Assembly (NCBI GenBank): GCA_036785375.1
Contig: JAWMAR010000401.1
Location: 1-64,000 of the forward strand
Origin: Leucoraja ocellata
Taxonomy: Eukaryota
DNA length: 64,000 nt
Direction of reading: 5' to 3'
A program made the translations under genes and the position numbers. Below are positions 62,305 through 64,000 of this stretch, piece after piece. The notes below the pieces were generated by a model. It did no database searches. It was not told the origin of the DNA and worked only from the letters and a program-made list of their open reading frames with translations. Within the stretch, counting starts at the first letter, position 1, and every line of letters starts with the position of its first letter.

Positions 62305-63462
62305 CTAAGGTCCCACATAGGAGTTTAGTGGGCAAATTTAGTGCACATGGTATTAGGGGTAGAGTGCTGCCATGGATAGAAAATTGGTTGGCAGACAGAA
62401 AACAAAGAATAGGGATTAACAGGTCCCTTTCAGAGTGGCAGGCAGTGACTAGTGGTGTACCGCAGGGCTCTGTGCTGGGACCGCAGCTATTTACAATATA
62501 CATCAATGATTTAGATGAAGGGATTCAAAGTAACATTAGCAAATTTACAGATGACACAAAGTTGGGTGACAGTGTGAACTGTGAGGAGGATGCTACGAGA
62601 ATGCAAGGCGACTTGGACGGGTTGGGTGAGTGGGCCGATGCATGACAGATGCAGTTTAATGTGAATAAATGTGAGTAATCCACTTTGGTAGCAAAAACAG
62701 GAAGGCAGATTATTATCTAAATGGTGTCAAGTTGGGAAAAGGGGCAGTACAATGGAATCTGAGGATCCTTGTTCATCAATCAATTAAAGTAAGCATGCAG
62801 GTACAGCAGGCAGTGAAGAAAGTGAATGGCATATTGGCCTTCATAACAAGAGGAGTTGAGTATAGGAGCAAAGAGGTCCTGCAGTTGTATACGGCCCTAA
62901 TGAGACCACACCTGGAGTATTGTGTGCAGTTTTGGTCCCCTAATTTGAGGAAGGGCATTCTTGCTATTGAGGGACTGCAGCGTAGGTGTACAAGGTTAAT
63001 TCCCGGGATGGCGGGGCTGTCATATGTTGAGAGAATGGAGCGGCTGAGCTTGTATACTCTGGATTTTAGAGGAATGAGAGGGGTTCTTATTGGAACATAT
63101 AAGATTGTTAAGGGTTTGGACACGCTAGAGGGAGGAAACGTGTTCCTGATGTTGGGGGAAGTCCCGAACAAGGGGCCACAGTTTAAGAATAAGGGGTAAG
63201 CCATTTAGAACGGAGATGAGGAAACACTTTTTCGCACAGAGAATTGTGAGTGTTGAATTCTCTGCCTCAGAGGGTGGTGGAGGCTGGTTCTCTGGATGCT
63301 TTCAAGAGAGAGTTAGATAGAGCTCTTAGGGATAGCGGTCGGGGGATATGGGGAGAAGGCAGGAACGGGGTGCTGATTGTGGATGATCAGCCATGATCAC
63401 ATTGAATGGCGGTGCTGGCTCGAAGGGCCGCATGGCCTACTCCTGCACCTTTTGTCTATTGT
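62305..63462 (+). mobile_element. CR1 LINE RT and 3' end
   Basis: KVPH...GVPQGSVLGPQLF...FTDD; ctattg tail. Confidence 0.88.
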
Positions 63463-63690
63463 CATCCTACACACTTCTGCAGAGCGCTCCCTCCGCAATA
63501 TCTTGGTTCACACATCCTTTCCCACTCTGGCTAACACTCCCTGGGTACTTTCCCCAGCCACTGAATTAGATGTAGCTGCTCCTGTACCTCTTCCCTCACA
63601 TCCATGCAGGGATCCCAGCAGTTCCTCCAGGTACAACTCCTCCAGCCTCATCTACTGCATCCAGCATTCTCAATGTGGACTCTTATATCA
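63463..63690 (+). mobile_element. Penelope remnant (start of GIY-YIG domain)
   Basis: SSSLIYCIQHSQCGLLY. Confidence 0.6.
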
Positions 63691-63966
63691 TTAGATATAA
63701 TTAATGTTAGGATAAAAGATTGAGGATTTGATAGTTATGAGGAACTGGCAAAGAGGAGCTGAGGCAGGATCAGCCATGATCATATTGAATGGCAGAGCAG
63801 ATTTCAGGGGCTTGATGGCTTATTATTGCTCCGGTTATCATACATTCTTGTCTTGACTATAAAATGAGTTTCAGATCTCATGACCACTCTTGTATTGTAA
63901 CAAAATAAATGTGATTCCTAGCCAATTGGTTTATTCCCATAAAATAATTAATGTACTTTCTTCTAG

Positions 63967-64000
63967 GTTTATCTCATAGGACATGTTCCTCCAGGCTACT
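63967..64000 (+). CDS. SMPDL3A: SMPDL3A exon 6 (truncated by window end)
   Basis: ttcttctag|VYLIGHVPPGY, containing the metal-ligand His. Confidence 0.9.

Noticed and set aside
1-64000. CRISPR arrays, rRNA or genuine tRNA genes
   Set aside because: Eukaryotic locus; no repeat-spacer arrays, and tRNA-like A/B boxes occur only as SINE heads

Overview
Vertebrate nuclear DNA, most likely a cartilaginous fish (skate/ray-like); this is inferred from the CR1/Rex1/Penelope/SINE repeat landscape and gene divergence. Three + strand genes occur in the same order as on human chr6q22: PKIB (two coding exons, 76 aa), FABP7 (four exons, 132 aa, complete) and SMPDL3A (exons 1-5 and the start of exon 6, running off the window end). 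The rest is dense with transposable elements: many CR1 LINEs (two very young, near-identical inverted copies), Rex1/Babar LINEs, a Gypsy remnant with a HERO-like RT fragment, Penelope remnants, tRNA-derived SINEs, hAT and Harbinger MITEs, and a Helitron with canonical termini. Most notable: (i) about 15-20 minimal hammerhead-ribozyme motifs in short Penelope-LTR-derived units, two of which are 119-136 bp insertions with their own 10-13 bp target-site duplications; (ii) two ~200 bp local copy-paste events, one of which interrupts an otherwise open CR1 reading frame; (iii) an out-of-frame overlapping uORF in PKIB; (iv) CLEAR/E-box and DR1 motif clusters in SMPDL3A. All calls were made by eye and repeat boundaries are approximate unless junctions are quoted.
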